The position numbers and the translations under genes were made by a program. Below the pieces are notes generated by a model. It made no database searches. It was not told the origin of the DNA and saw only the letters and a list, made by a program, of their open reading frames with translations. A stretch of DNA of 64,000 nt. Source: an uncultured Flavobacteriaceae bacterium (GTDB taxonomy: Bacteria; Bacteroidota; Bacteroidia; Flavobacteriales; Flavobacteriaceae). The stretch spans positions 101,590 to 165,589 of the forward strand of contig CAWBZL010000002.1 in the NCBI GenBank assembly GCA_963793275.1, read 5' to 3'. Positions 48,651-59,016 of the stretch are shown in pieces. How positions within the stretch are numbered: the stretch's first letter is position 1; each line of letters starts with the position of its first letter.

Positions 48651-49001
48651 TTATGAACTAATCTTCTCCCCCAGATTAATTAGTAGTTTCCCCAGTTGTT
48701 TACGATCTACTTTGCTCTCGGCTAATGCTTCGGTTTTTGAGGTCATTGCATCTTCCAGGTCTGTAATTCTAATATTTACGTCTGTACTTAACGAATCTAT
48801 AGATTGCATTAACTCATTTCTTACTTCATCTATATAATTTTCAAGATGTGCTTTTTGAGTATCTACTGCTTGTTTGAGGGTGTTAAACTCGCTATCTATT
48901 TTTTCAATATTCTCCCCAAAAATGAGGTTTTTGATAGCTTCAATTTTCGAATTGGAATCTAAAGAAGGTGGAGCTTCTAAGGGTGGGTTTTTTTTTGCCA
49001 T
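48651..49001 (-). CDS. hypothetical coiled-coil protein, first gene of the GTPase operon
   Basis: 116 aa with heptad-repeat helical sequence, 13 bp upstream of the Roadblock gene. Confidence 0.45.
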   Translation of the reverse strand: MAKKNPPLEAPPSLDSNSKIEAIKNLIFGENIEKIDSEFNTLKQAVDTQKAHLENYIDEVRNELMQSIDSLSTDVNIRITDLEDAMTSKTEALAESKVDRKQLGKLLINLGEKISS

Positions 49002-49073
49002 TGGTTTGGTTTTCTTCGTCTAAATTTAAGAAAAATTTAAGATAAAGTGCGTATGGCAGTGGAAATAATGACC

Positions 49074-50078
49074 TTAGGAGTTATGCATAAATTCTTCGGC
49101 TTTTGCAACCATGTTTTTACTTCCGCAGAAAAAGGGCACGCGCTGGTGTAGCGTAGTTGGCTGAATGTCTAAAATACGCTCGTATCCATTGCTGGCACTA
49201 CCGTTAGCTTGCTCAGCGAGATATGCCATTGGGTTACATTCGTATAACAAACGTAGCTTGCCATCCGGATCTTTAGAAGTATTTGGATAGATATAAATAC
49301 CACCCTTTATCATATTTCTGTGAAAGTCTGAAACCAGAGAACCTATATATCGTGCAGAATAAGGGCGATTTTCTTCTTCTTTCTGGCAGTATTTAATATA
49401 ATCCTTTACACCTTGTGGAAAATGAATATAATTCCCTTCGTTTACGGAGTAGATATTCCCGTCTAACGGGTATTTCATATTTGGGTGCGATAAATAGTAG
49501 GTTCCAATTGCAGGATTGAGCGTAAAACCATTTACACCGTGTCCCGTAGAATACACGATCATAGTGGAAGTGCCGTACACAATATATCCGGCCGCTACCT
49601 GGTTTCTTCCGGGCTGAAGGAAATCGTCTATAGTAACAGGGCTTCCCGTAGGCGTTACCCTTCTGTAAATTGAAAAAATAGTCCCTACCGATACGTTTAC
49701 ATCTATATTTGAAGAACCATCCAGCGGATCCATGAGCACAATATATTTGTTATCGTTCTTTTTATTCCGGCCCTGAATGGTAATAAAATCGTCTTCTTCT
49801 TCACTGGCAATTCCACAAACAATCTCACGGTTGGTGAGGGTCTTTATAAAAATTTCGTTGGCATACACATCCAGTTTTTGCTGGTCTTCGCCTTGCACAT
49901 TTGTTTCTCCTGCAGCCCCTAAAATATCTACCAGTCCTGCTTTATTTACCTCGTGGTTTACTACTTTGGCAGCCAAACGTATAGAATTAATTAACCGTGA
50001 AAGTTCTCCCGAAGAATACTTAAACTCCTCTTGATTTTCAATAATAAATTCGCCTAAAGTCTGGTTCTGTTTTGCCAT
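49074..50078 (-). CDS. fbp: fructose-1,6-bisphosphatase class 1
   Basis: 334 aa with class I FBPase motifs ([17 protein letters not shown]). Confidence 0.9.
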   Translation of the reverse strand: MAKQNQTLGEFIIENQEEFKYSSGELSRLINSIRLAAKVVNHEVNKAGLVDILGAAGETNVQGEDQQKLDVYANEIFIKTLTNREIVCGIASEEEDDFITIQGRNKKNDNKYIVLMDPLDGSSNIDVNVSVGTIFSIYRRVTPTGSPVTIDDFLQPGRNQVAAGYIVYGTSTMIVYSTGHGVNGFTLNPAIGTYYLSHPNMKYPLDGNIYSVNEGNYIHFPQGVKDYIKYCQKEEENRPYSARYIGSLVSDFHRNMIKGGIYIYPNTSKDPDGKLRLLYECNPMAYLAEQANGSASNGYERILDIQPTTLHQRVPFFCGSKNMVAKAEEFMHNS

Positions 50079-50160
50079 GAGTGCCCGTTGTGCTTAGATT
50101 TGACGCAAATATCGGGTTTTTTAAGAAATACCACCGATATTTGTGGATCAAAACTAAAAA

Positions 50161-50631
50161 ATGAATATACGTATTCGTAAAGCTGAAAGAAAAGATATGC
50201 CTCAGGTCCTAGAGCTTATAAAAGAGCTTGCTGTATATGAAAGAGAGCCAGATGCTGTGGAGGTAACCGCAAAGGAGCTGGAAGCCGAAGGTTTTGACAA
50301 CAACCTTTTTACTTGTTTTGTAGCCGAAAATGAAGCTGAAATTGTTGGTATGGCATTGGTATATTTTCGTTTTTCTACCTGGAAGGGTCGCACGGTGCAT
50401 CTGGAAGACCTTATTGTAAAAAACAACTATAGAAGTAAGCGCATAGGAACATTACTATATAATAATGTTGTGCGTTATGCAAAAGAGCAAGGTGTAAAAA
50501 GAGTAGAATGGGTAGTGCTGGACTGGAATAAAAATGCCATAGATTTTTACGAAAAAAGTGGCGCTACTTTACTGAAAGACTGGTATTTGGTTCAGCTGGG
50601 GGAAAATGAGATTAAGAATTTTAATAATTAA
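50161..50631 (+). CDS. GNAT family N-acetyltransferase
   Basis: 156 aa with acetyl-CoA-binding motif (RSKRIGTLL) in a GNAT fold. Confidence 0.8.
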   Translation: MNIRIRKAERKDMPQVLELIKELAVYEREPDAVEVTAKELEAEGFDNNLFTCFVAENEAEIVGMALVYFRFSTWKGRTVHLEDLIVKNNYRSKRIGTLLYNNVVRYAKEQGVKRVEWVVLDWNKNAIDFYEKSGATLLKDWYLVQLGENEIKNFNN

Positions 50632-50664
50632 ATAAAGAGACCCTCACCTTTGTGGGGGATGAAC

Positions 50665-51921
50665 ATGAACGTATTTAAATTTGGAGGTGCGTCTGTCAAA
50701 GATGCCACTGGGGTTAAAAATCTTGCTACGGTATTAAAAAAAACCGGCAAGCAGGATTTGCTTTTAGTAATTTCGGCCATGGGTAAAATGACCAACGCGC
50801 TTGAAGGTATTGTTTTAGAGTATTTTAAGGACGCAGCATCTTTTAAACAGTCACAACATATATTGCTCGATTTTCATTTGCCTATTTTAAATGAATTGTT
50901 TGAAAATAGATCACATCCGGTATTTAAAAAATTACATACGTTGGTTTTGGAATTAGCTCAATTTTTGGAGCAGAATAAATCTACAAACCACCCTTTTGTG
51001 TATGACCAGGTGGTTTGTTTTGGTGAGCTTATTTCAACAGCGATCGTTTCGGAGTATTTAAACCAGATTGGGATAGCGAATACGTGGCTGGACGTAAGAA
51101 CCTGTATTGTTACAGATAACAACTATAGGGATGCCAAAGTAGATTGGGAGGTAACTCAGAATAATATTTCAACTAAAGTTTCAGCAAAAGGAATTACCAT
51201 AACTCAGGGATTTTTGGGCGCCGAAGGAAATAATAATTTTACAACAACCCTTGGAAGAGAAGGTAGTGATTACACCGCCGCAATTTTTGCGTATTGCTTA
51301 AACGCAGATAGCGTTACTATCTGGAAAGATGTGCCGGGTGTTTTAAATGCAGATCCAAGATATTTCAGTAAAACAACCTTGTTGCAACGAATCTCATATC
51401 GTGAAGCAATAGAACTGGCTTTTTACGGTGCTTCTGTAATACACCCTAAAACGTTACAACCTTTGCAGCGTAAGGAAATTCCGTTGTATGTAAAATCTTT
51501 TCTTAACCCATTCGATGAAGGTACTTGTGTAGGCAAAGGTGTTACGCTGGAACCGATGGTCTCTTGCTTTATATTGAAGAAAAAGCAGGTGCTTATTTCA
51601 TTGTCTTCGCTGGATTTCAACTTTATGATGGAAGACCATATTGGGAACGTTTTTAAATGGTTGCACGAATATAAAATGAAGGTGGAGCTTATTCAAAATT
51701 CGGCTATTAGTTTTTCGGTATGTATAGACAATAAGTACAATATGCTGGAACCTTTATTAAAAAAGCTACGCAGCACCTTTAAAGTAAAATGGAACGAAAA
51801 CGTAACGTTATATACGATACGTCATGCTGATTCTAAACAGGTTAAAGCTCTTTTAAAGGATAAAGAACTTTTACTGAAACAGGAAAGCAGAGGCACTGTG
51901 CAATTGGTGGTGAAAGAATAG
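50665..51921 (+). CDS. lysC: aspartate kinase
   Basis: Starts MNVFKFGGASV, has the amino-acid kinase fold and two C-terminal ACT domains. The start was chosen at the canonical Met rather than the longest ORF (50650). Confidence 0.85.
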   Translation: MNVFKFGGASVKDATGVKNLATVLKKTGKQDLLLVISAMGKMTNALEGIVLEYFKDAASFKQSQHILLDFHLPILNELFENRSHPVFKKLHTLVLELAQFLEQNKSTNHPFVYDQVVCFGELISTAIVSEYLNQIGIANTWLDVRTCIVTDNNYRDAKVDWEVTQNNISTKVSAKGITITQGFLGAEGNNNFTTTLGREGSDYTAAIFAYCLNADSVTIWKDVPGVLNADPRYFSKTTLLQRISYREAIELAFYGASVIHPKTLQPLQRKEIPLYVKSFLNPFDEGTCVGKGVTLEPMVSCFILKKKQVLISLSSLDFNFMMEDHIGNVFKWLHEYKMKVELIQNSAISFSVCIDNKYNMLEPLLKKLRSTFKVKWNENVTLYTIRHADSKQVKALLKDKELLLKQESRGTVQLVVKE

Positions 51922-51942
51922 CAGGGGTTTCGCTATCTTTGT

Positions 51943-53784
51943 ATGCTACAACCACCAAATCAAATGGGATTAGTCACAAATAAAGAGATCGCTAAAGCTC
52001 TAAAAGTCGATAAACTCGGTTTTTTAGGAACCCTCATGGGGTGGTCTGTAATGAAGGTCCTTAATATTTCTGCGTGTAATAAAATTTATGATCGTAACAA
52101 ACATTTAAGCGGATTGGAATTTATCAATTCACTTTTAGACGAGTTTGAAGTAGACTACGAAATTCCCGAAGAAGACCTAAAAAGAATCCCCAAAACAGGC
52201 CCATTTATTACTATTTCTAACCATCCGTTGGGAGGAATTGACGGTATTTTACTGCTTAAACTCCTTCTGGAGCGGCGTTCGGATTATAAAATTATTGCTA
52301 ATTTTTTATTACATCGTGTGGAGCCACTTAAGCCCTATGTGATGCCCGTGAATCCTTTTGAAGAACATAAAGAAGCCCATAATAGTATGATGGCTTTTAA
52401 AAGTGCTTTACAACACTTAAAGGACGATCAACCTTTGGGAGTTTTTCCAGCGGGTGAAGTTTCTACCCGGAAGGAAGACCATATTATAATAGACAAAACG
52501 TGGGAGCCGGCAGTGATGAAGCTTATAAAGAAAGCCGGCGTACCTGTAATTCCAATTTATTTTCACGGGCGTAACAGCAAATCTTTTTACCGTTGGGCGA
52601 AAATGAGCGACTCCATGCGTACAGCAAAGTTGCCAAGTGAGTTGCTTTCCCAAAAAGAACGTACTTTAAAAGTGCGCATTGGGAATCCTATTTCGGTAGA
52701 AGATCAAAATGAACACGAAAGCTTAGAGGCGTACACGGCTTTTCTGCGGAAGAAAACATACGTACTTGCAAATCCCTTTCAGAAGAAAAAATTTGTAGAT
52801 ACCCTTCCAAAAACTATAAAACTACCCAAATTACCGAAGAAAATAGCAGGTTCTGTCCCTATAGAAGCCCTTGAAAATGAAATAAATATACTGCGTACCG
52901 AAGAAAAACGCCTGTTAGAAAGTAAAAACTACGAAGTCTTTTTAACGGCCGCAGATAAAATCCCCAACGTCCTGTTGGAAATTGGCCGTTTGCGGGAAAT
53001 AACGTTTCGGGAAGTAGGCGAAGGAACCAATAATGCTATAGATATAGATAAGTTTGATAATCACTACCACCACATGTTTTTGTGGGATAATGAAGCAAAA
53101 AAAATAGCCGGAGCCTACCGAATGGGACTGGGATCTAAAATTTTTGCAGCCTATGGAATTAATGGGTTTTATCTTCAGGATCTTTTCCGTTTTGAGCCGG
53201 AATTGCACGATATGATGAGTAAAAGTATAGAAATGGGTCGTGCTTTTATTATTAAGGAATACCAACTACGCCCTATGCCATTGTTCTTGTTATGGAAGGG
53301 AATTGTCCACACAACATTGCGGTACCCGGAGCATCGTTTTTTAATTGGTGGGGTGAGTATAAGTAATAAATTTTCAGAATTCAGTAAGAGCTTAATGATC
53401 GAGTTTATGAAATCTAATTACTACGATCCTTATGTGGCACAATACATAAACCCAAAAAAGGAATATAAAGTAAAGCTGAAGGACGCCGATAAAGACTTCA
53501 TTTTTGATGAAAGTGAAGCAGACCTCAATAAATTCGATAAGCTTATAGATGAGGTGGAACCAGGTGCGTTAAGATTACCTGTTTTAATAAAAAAATACAT
53601 TAAGCAAAACGCAAAAGTAGTGGCGTTTAATGTGGACCCGTTGTTTAATAATGCGGTAGATGGGCTCATGTACATTCGTATTGCAGACCTGCCGGAAAGT
53701 ACCGTAAAACCCGTGATGGAAGAGTTTCAGGCCGAACTGGAGAAAAAATACAACAGCAGCGGTAAAGCTGCCGAAGAAGAATGA
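51943..53784 (+). CDS. bifunctional acyltransferase, OlsF-like (N-terminal lysophospholipid O-acyltransferase plus C-terminal GNAT-like N-acyltransferase)
   Basis: 613 aa. The N-terminus has the PlsC-type HX4D motif (NHPLGGIDG) and the C-terminal half has an OlsB/hemolysin-like N-acyltransferase fold. Size and order match OlsF-type ornithine/glycine lipid synthases of Flavobacteria. Confidence 0.6.
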   Translation: MLQPPNQMGLVTNKEIAKALKVDKLGFLGTLMGWSVMKVLNISACNKIYDRNKHLSGLEFINSLLDEFEVDYEIPEEDLKRIPKTGPFITISNHPLGGIDGILLLKLLLERRSDYKIIANFLLHRVEPLKPYVMPVNPFEEHKEAHNSMMAFKSALQHLKDDQPLGVFPAGEVSTRKEDHIIIDKTWEPAVMKLIKKAGVPVIPIYFHGRNSKSFYRWAKMSDSMRTAKLPSELLSQKERTLKVRIGNPISVEDQNEHESLEAYTAFLRKKTYVLANPFQKKKFVDTLPKTIKLPKLPKKIAGSVPIEALENEINILRTEEKRLLESKNYEVFLTAADKIPNVLLEIGRLREITFREVGEGTNNAIDIDKFDNHYHHMFLWDNEAKKIAGAYRMGLGSKIFAAYGINGFYLQDLFRFEPELHDMMSKSIEMGRAFIIKEYQLRPMPLFLLWKGIVHTTLRYPEHRFLIGGVSISNKFSEFSKSLMIEFMKSNYYDPYVAQYINPKKEYKVKLKDADKDFIFDESEADLNKFDKLIDEVEPGALRLPVLIKKYIKQNAKVVAFNVDPLFNNAVDGLMYIRIADLPESTVKPVMEEFQAELEKKYNSSGKAAEEE

Positions 53785-53824
53785 TTTCTTTTTGTATTTT
53801 TAGTTCCTTCAACGCTAACCTTTT

Positions 53825-54577
53825 ATGAAACCAGCAAAGACCATAAACGAGGTTATTCTCCTCTTAGATCAAATTATTACTGCCGAAACAAAAGCCAATA
53901 GCAATCTTGCCTATTTTCCGGTACTCTACAAACAAGTTACCCAACGCATAAAAGACGGTATTGAAAACAACGAATTTGATAATAACCACCGCATGGAAGT
54001 GCTGGATATTATTTTTGCAAACAGATACATTAAAGCATACTGCCAATTAAAAAGTGGCGAAACGCCTTCGCAAAGTTGGACAAATGCTTTTGCCGAAAGT
54101 GGAAATAACAACCTTCTTATTATGCAACATCTCTTGTTGGGAATAAATGCGCATATAAATCTGGATTTAGGAGTTGCAGTAGCCGAAACCGTTGGACCAT
54201 CAGGAAATATAGCCGATTTTAAAAATGATTTTAATAAAATTAACAACATCCTGGCTGGTTTGGTAGATGGTATACAGGAAAGAATTGGCAGGATTTCTCC
54301 GCTGTTTTATTTGCTGGAAAAATTTGGAAAGGGGAAGGAAGATAAGTTGGTTTCTTTTAGTATTAATGTAGCCCGCGATGGTGCCTGGATGTTTGCCAAC
54401 GAATACCACCTCACACCAGACAGAGACTTTTCTTTATCCAACAGGGATACTATTATTGGACAATTGGCATTAAAACTAATTACCACCAAAAGCCGCTGGC
54501 TCCGTTGGGTTATTAGGAGAGTTAGATGGCTGGAAAATAAAGATATTCCTTATGTAGTTTCCGTTTTAAATTCCTAA
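53825..54577 (+). CDS. hypothetical protein (DUF5995-like)
   Basis: 250-aa soluble protein. I recall the conserved motif LLGINAHINLDLG from an uncharacterised Bacteroidetes family. Confidence 0.45.
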   Translation: MKPAKTINEVILLLDQIITAETKANSNLAYFPVLYKQVTQRIKDGIENNEFDNNHRMEVLDIIFANRYIKAYCQLKSGETPSQSWTNAFAESGNNNLLIMQHLLLGINAHINLDLGVAVAETVGPSGNIADFKNDFNKINNILAGLVDGIQERIGRISPLFYLLEKFGKGKEDKLVSFSINVARDGAWMFANEYHLTPDRDFSLSNRDTIIGQLALKLITTKSRWLRWVIRRVRWLENKDIPYVVSVLNS

Positions 54578-54990
54578 AGTCCCGGAAAAACAGCCAATAA
54601 GAAAAATGCTAAGATCAACACCCAAAATACTGTGGCAATAAGAGCAGTAAACAGGTGAAAAAATCTGAATTGTGGTTTTATAACTGCCAACGGAATAATA
54701 AAGAAAATAGCGCCAAAAATCCCACTAATTCCTGCCAAACCCAAGGTGATTATAAGTAATCCTGAATCCTTGCCAGAAAATACAAACGTTAAAGCATTGG
54801 TGTCTTGGCCGGCTTTTTCTTGTATGTATACCGAATACAGTCCATAGAGCCCAAAAATTAACGGAATATACCAGGCAGTTGCATACGCCACCAAATCACT
54901 CTCGGACATATTATTGAAGTTGATGATATAGAAATACACAAAAATTCCGAAGCCTATTGCCAGAAACAAAAAGTAGAGAAGTTTTTTCAT
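54574..54990 (-). CDS. hypothetical integral membrane protein (4 TM)
   Basis: 138 aa, strongly hydrophobic. Confidence 0.5.
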   Translation of the reverse strand: MKKLLYFLFLAIGFGIFVYFYIINFNNMSESDLVAYATAWYIPLIFGLYGLYSVYIQEKAGQDTNALTFVFSGKDSGLLIITLGLAGISGIFGAIFFIIPLAVIKPQFRFFHLFTALIATVFWVLILAFFLLAVFPGL

Positions 54991-55064
54991 ATGCTACATA
55001 GTTAAAACCAGCAGGATAAGATATATTGCTTACCGCGCTGGTTTTATATATGAAATTTTATTTT

Positions 55065-55541
55065 TTATTCGTCATCATCATCATCATAAACCATTTCCAT
55101 TCTTTTTTCGTGCATACGTACTCTGGTTTTTACGAGCAGTAATGTGTACGAGGGAGATTTTTTAAATGCAGTTTGCATTTCTTTTTCAGACATGACTTTA
55201 CTGGCTACGAGCATTTTTTCAAGCTTTACCATTTCAGTCATAAAATTACTTCCAAATCCTGAGGATAATATGCCTTTCATTTGTTCCTTCATTGGTTTTT
55301 TCGCTATTTTTCGGGCAAACTCATCGAGGATGGCACAATCTACTTTTGGATCGTCGCAGAAGGTAATGGCGCTTTTAACCACAGCTAATTGTTTCTGTAA
55401 CATCGCTTTAGTTTGTCCGTTTCTTGTAGTAGAAGTTTTTTCAACTTTTACTTCTTTGGCGCCTTTTTCAACCATTTTTTTCTGGCTCATTCCAACTGCG
55501 GGGATTAGTAAGAGCGCTAATAGATAGATGCATTTTTTCAT
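55065..55541 (-). CDS. hypothetical secreted protein with poly-Asp C-terminus
   Basis: 158 aa with signal peptide, Lys/Met-rich helical sequence and terminal DDDDDE. Confidence 0.45.
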   Translation of the reverse strand: MKKCIYLLALLLIPAVGMSQKKMVEKGAKEVKVEKTSTTRNGQTKAMLQKQLAVVKSAITFCDDPKVDCAILDEFARKIAKKPMKEQMKGILSSGFGSNFMTEMVKLEKMLVASKVMSEKEMQTAFKKSPSYTLLLVKTRVRMHEKRMEMVYDDDDDE

Positions 55542-55676
55542 TTAGAGTATTTTAAGAACTATTGATAATCCAAAACTAATTGAAAATGAGTTAAATACTG
55601 TATATGAAAACACCTACGGTCGAAAAATGTAGGAATTCATTGAGGTTTACATGGTGTAAGTAATATATAGTGCCTG

Positions 55677-56471
55677 TTAAATTTCAGTTTTAAAGATATA
55701 GTCCAGCACCTTTACTAAATTCACCGAATCCACTTGTTTAAACGTTTCGTTGGTAGCTTCGGAAAAATGCGGGGGGTCCAGGTTTAATTGTGATGCTTTT
55801 TGAATGTAATAGCTGGCTTTTGTAGGATGACCAGGGTGTACTGCATTAAAAATATGGCCGTACGCTTCTTGTTTTATAATGGAAAGCAGGATGCCTATAC
55901 AATCGTCACGATGTATTAAGTTTACCGGTGCAATTGCTCCGCTCAAATTTTCACGCCCTGCCAGATATTTTACCGGTTGTCTGCTGCCTCCCAGCAATCC
56001 GCCAAAGCGTACTATACTTGCGTTGCTTGCTGAAGTAAAAAATAATTGTTCTACTTGTTTTAGTTGTCGTCCTGCTTCGTTTTCTGGATTTGGGAGGTCT
56101 GTTTCAGTAACAATTCCTTGCTCGTCCCCGTAAACTGAAGTACTGCTTATAAATATACAGTTAGGCACTTTTGCTGTCTCAATTTCAGCCAGAAAATGGG
56201 TCATTTTTAAAACATAATCGGCTCCCGTATTTCTGCGTAATCCCGGAGGAATCATTATAATAAGAGTGTTTATATTTTTCAAAAAACCCTGAGGTTCTCC
56301 GGTAACGCCGGTTTCGGTTATTTCTAGCGGAAATGCGTTGAATCCTTTTTGCTGAAGCGAAGTAGCCTTTTCAGTTGAAGTTACAGTGCCTTTTACCTGA
56401 TAGCCCAGCGTCATTAATTTATTCGCCAAAGGCTTTCCCAACCATCCTAATCCTGCTATTCCTACTATCAT
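55677..56471 (-). CDS. NAD(P)-binding Rossmann-fold oxidoreductase (epimerase/SDR-like)
   Basis: 264 aa with N-terminal GIAGLGWLGKPLA dinucleotide-binding motif. Confidence 0.6.
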   Translation of the reverse strand: MIVGIAGLGWLGKPLANKLMTLGYQVKGTVTSTEKATSLQQKGFNAFPLEITETGVTGEPQGFLKNINTLIIMIPPGLRRNTGADYVLKMTHFLAEIETAKVPNCIFISSTSVYGDEQGIVTETDLPNPENEAGRQLKQVEQLFFTSASNASIVRFGGLLGGSRQPVKYLAGRENLSGAIAPVNLIHRDDCIGILLSIIKQEAYGHIFNAVHPGHPTKASYYIQKASQLNLDPPHFSEATNETFKQVDSVNLVKVLDYIFKTEI

Positions 56472-56538
56472 AAATTTTAAATACTAAATCCCAAATTACA
56501 AGTATCAGATTCCTGATTTCAATATTATTATATTAAAA

Positions 56539-58899
56539 CTAATTAATTACTTCTGCGGTAATCGAATCTGCCACGATCACCTTTTTTTCTAATTCATCTA
56601 CCCCAAAACTACGTTTCACTACCACGGCATCTGTATTTACGAAGGGTTTTGGCATGGTGTTTTTTGGGCGTTTGTTAATAGTAAACTGCGGGTGTTTCAG
56701 TAAGTCGTACGAGTACTCCAAAACCTGAAAATTAAGGGGTGCGTTTTTTTCAACGGAAAGCGAAACCTCCAGAGAATCTTCGTTTGCTACAAAATAACGC
56801 AATAGCAAATTACTTTTTCTTTTATAAAATGCATTGTCTGTTGTGTCTTTTGAAACTGTTTTGCCATTAAAGGTCAGGGTCTCAAATTCTGTAGAAATAT
56901 TTGTGTACAATGCCAATTCGTGAATATCTCTTTTTGGGATAATAGTAAACGTCACATTCCGCATATTTTGAACTGTAGTGTCATTTTCAAGTCGGAGCTC
57001 GAAAGGGGTAATGTTTTGGGCGGGTGCTTTGGCCGCAAAGCTATACCCTGCGTTGTATTTGCTTCCTGCAACACTGGTAACATAATTGCTGGCTTGTTCG
57101 GGATTTTCGCCAAGATAGCCCCGGGTCCACGAATCTAATGTTTTATCATACGTAAGCCAGAAGTTCTGGTTTGTATCGGCATCCTTATAATAAATTAAAC
57201 TATTTGGTTTTTGTCGGGTTTCGGTAAAATCACTTTTTGCATTGGCAACAAAAAACAAGACAACGGCAAAAAGGAAGCTTCCCAATGCAATCATATTCTT
57301 CCAACGATAAAACCCAAAAACGGGAACTAACAGACCGAATAATAACACCACAAAGACACAACTTATCACCAACATTTTTAACCCTAATCCTACGGGAAAA
57401 AATTGAATGAGTGGCGCAAAAAACGAGAGGGCAGGAATGGCTAATAACGTAAGCAAAATAAGACTGGGCTTTTCCTGTTTCAGCAAAATGAAAAAAGACA
57501 GTAGCCCAAAGAACACAGGGATAATCCAATAGGCAGCCCCTTGTAAGATGATGGCAACAGCACTGTTTACAATCAGCCAAAGCGTGAGCGGTGCTACATA
57601 AAAACTAGCAACATCTCTCTTTGCGTTAAAACTTCGGTATATTTTAAACACGATGGCCGAGGAAAGCATAACAAAAAAGGCAATATACCAATGCCCGTTA
57701 TAGGTAAACCCGTGTTGGATTTCGGCGTATTGCGGATAGATACTTTGCAGCAATATCCAACCAAAATATCCAACAACACCACAAATAAGTATCGATAAAA
57801 ACAAAGCGCCAAATCCTTTTCCAACTGCTTTTCCTTTCAACTTGCGTTTTGAAATTCCATAAAAAAGTAGCGCTAAAAACACAACTATTGCCAGTATGAG
57901 CATTGGAATAATCCACGAAAAGGGGTAGGTAATCATTTTTACAAAAGGTGCATTCACGTATACATAATCTTCCTGCGCTTTAAGATTTCCTAAGTCTGCA
58001 TCGCCAAAATAATGTAGCAGCGGTAAAAGGTAGCTCCCCTGGTGTTGCAGGGTTTCTCTATCCAGATTTTCAAACGTATCGTTGGCGGTGTGGTAGTCGT
58101 AGTGGTCATCAATAAACGCAAAGAAAAAGCTGTCAATATCTCCATCTTCTCTAAAAATAGTAGAGTCGGTATCGTTGGGTAGCATTTTATAAATGCTGTA
58201 CATTAAGGAAGATGCCACGGGATAGTCCGGATTTGCAGCAACAAATGCTTTTACAAGGTTGGCATTCCCGCCATTGGTTTCCAGGATCATATTACTGGGA
58301 CCTCCGCTACCCCGTGCTTCAAAATTAAGGACCAGCCCGGCGTTTTTTGCAAGTTCGTGTTCGTTTACAAACAACTGTGCACCGTCCAGACCAATTTCTT
58401 CGGCATCGCTAAAGAGCACTATAATGTCGTTTTTAGGTTGTTTACCCGCCGCTTTGTAGGCACGCAGACTTTCCAGAATAGTTACTATACCACTACCGGC
58501 GTCACTTGCTCCAAAGCTGGGAACTTTGGCACTGTCGTAATGTGAAAGCAGAACAAGTGATTTGCCGCTTCCGGAACCTTTCCAAACGCCAATGATGTTT
58601 TTTGGACGATCGAGTCCTTTCCACGATTCATTAAGCACAAAACCTTCTTGGACTTCGGTTTGTAAGCCTAGTTCTTTAAGTTGTTGCACCAGATATTCCC
58701 GTACGCGGTTGTGTTCTTCGCTACCGTGGTAGTGTGGGGCTTTGGTGATCTCTTTTAGTGGAGTTAGGGCGCGTTGGCTGGAGAATTCAGTTTGTGGGGC
58801 GGTGGCCGGGTTGCCATCACGTGGCATTAAGCTGAAAAAGCTATACCAAATAAAGAACAATATTAGTAAAAAAGAGAGGATGCCAGCGAGGAATTTCAT
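56539..58899 (-). CDS. M28-family aminopeptidase fused to a C-terminal polytopic membrane domain
   Basis: 786 aa. M28 motifs are present (SHYDSA, GASDAGSG, FSDAEEIGLDGAQ), followed by about 8 TM helices and a C-terminal extracytoplasmic region. Confidence 0.75.
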   Translation of the reverse strand: MKFLAGILSFLLILFFIWYSFFSLMPRDGNPATAPQTEFSSQRALTPLKEITKAPHYHGSEEHNRVREYLVQQLKELGLQTEVQEGFVLNESWKGLDRPKNIIGVWKGSGSGKSLVLLSHYDSAKVPSFGASDAGSGIVTILESLRAYKAAGKQPKNDIIVLFSDAEEIGLDGAQLFVNEHELAKNAGLVLNFEARGSGGPSNMILETNGGNANLVKAFVAANPDYPVASSLMYSIYKMLPNDTDSTIFREDGDIDSFFFAFIDDHYDYHTANDTFENLDRETLQHQGSYLLPLLHYFGDADLGNLKAQEDYVYVNAPFVKMITYPFSWIIPMLILAIVVFLALLFYGISKRKLKGKAVGKGFGALFLSILICGVVGYFGWILLQSIYPQYAEIQHGFTYNGHWYIAFFVMLSSAIVFKIYRSFNAKRDVASFYVAPLTLWLIVNSAVAIILQGAAYWIIPVFFGLLSFFILLKQEKPSLILLTLLAIPALSFFAPLIQFFPVGLGLKMLVISCVFVVLLFGLLVPVFGFYRWKNMIALGSFLFAVVLFFVANAKSDFTETRQKPNSLIYYKDADTNQNFWLTYDKTLDSWTRGYLGENPEQASNYVTSVAGSKYNAGYSFAAKAPAQNITPFELRLENDTTVQNMRNVTFTIIPKRDIHELALYTNISTEFETLTFNGKTVSKDTTDNAFYKRKSNLLLRYFVANEDSLEVSLSVEKNAPLNFQVLEYSYDLLKHPQFTINKRPKNTMPKPFVNTDAVVVKRSFGVDELEKKVIVADSITAEVIN

Positions 58900-59016
58900 A
58901 GGATCGGTTTTGGAAATTTAAAAGTACAATATTTCAGAATAATTAGGTCTCTTGAAGGCTCCTTAACAATTTTGAGTTAATTTTTTCCGTACCTTACCTC
59001 TTAAATTATTGAAATT

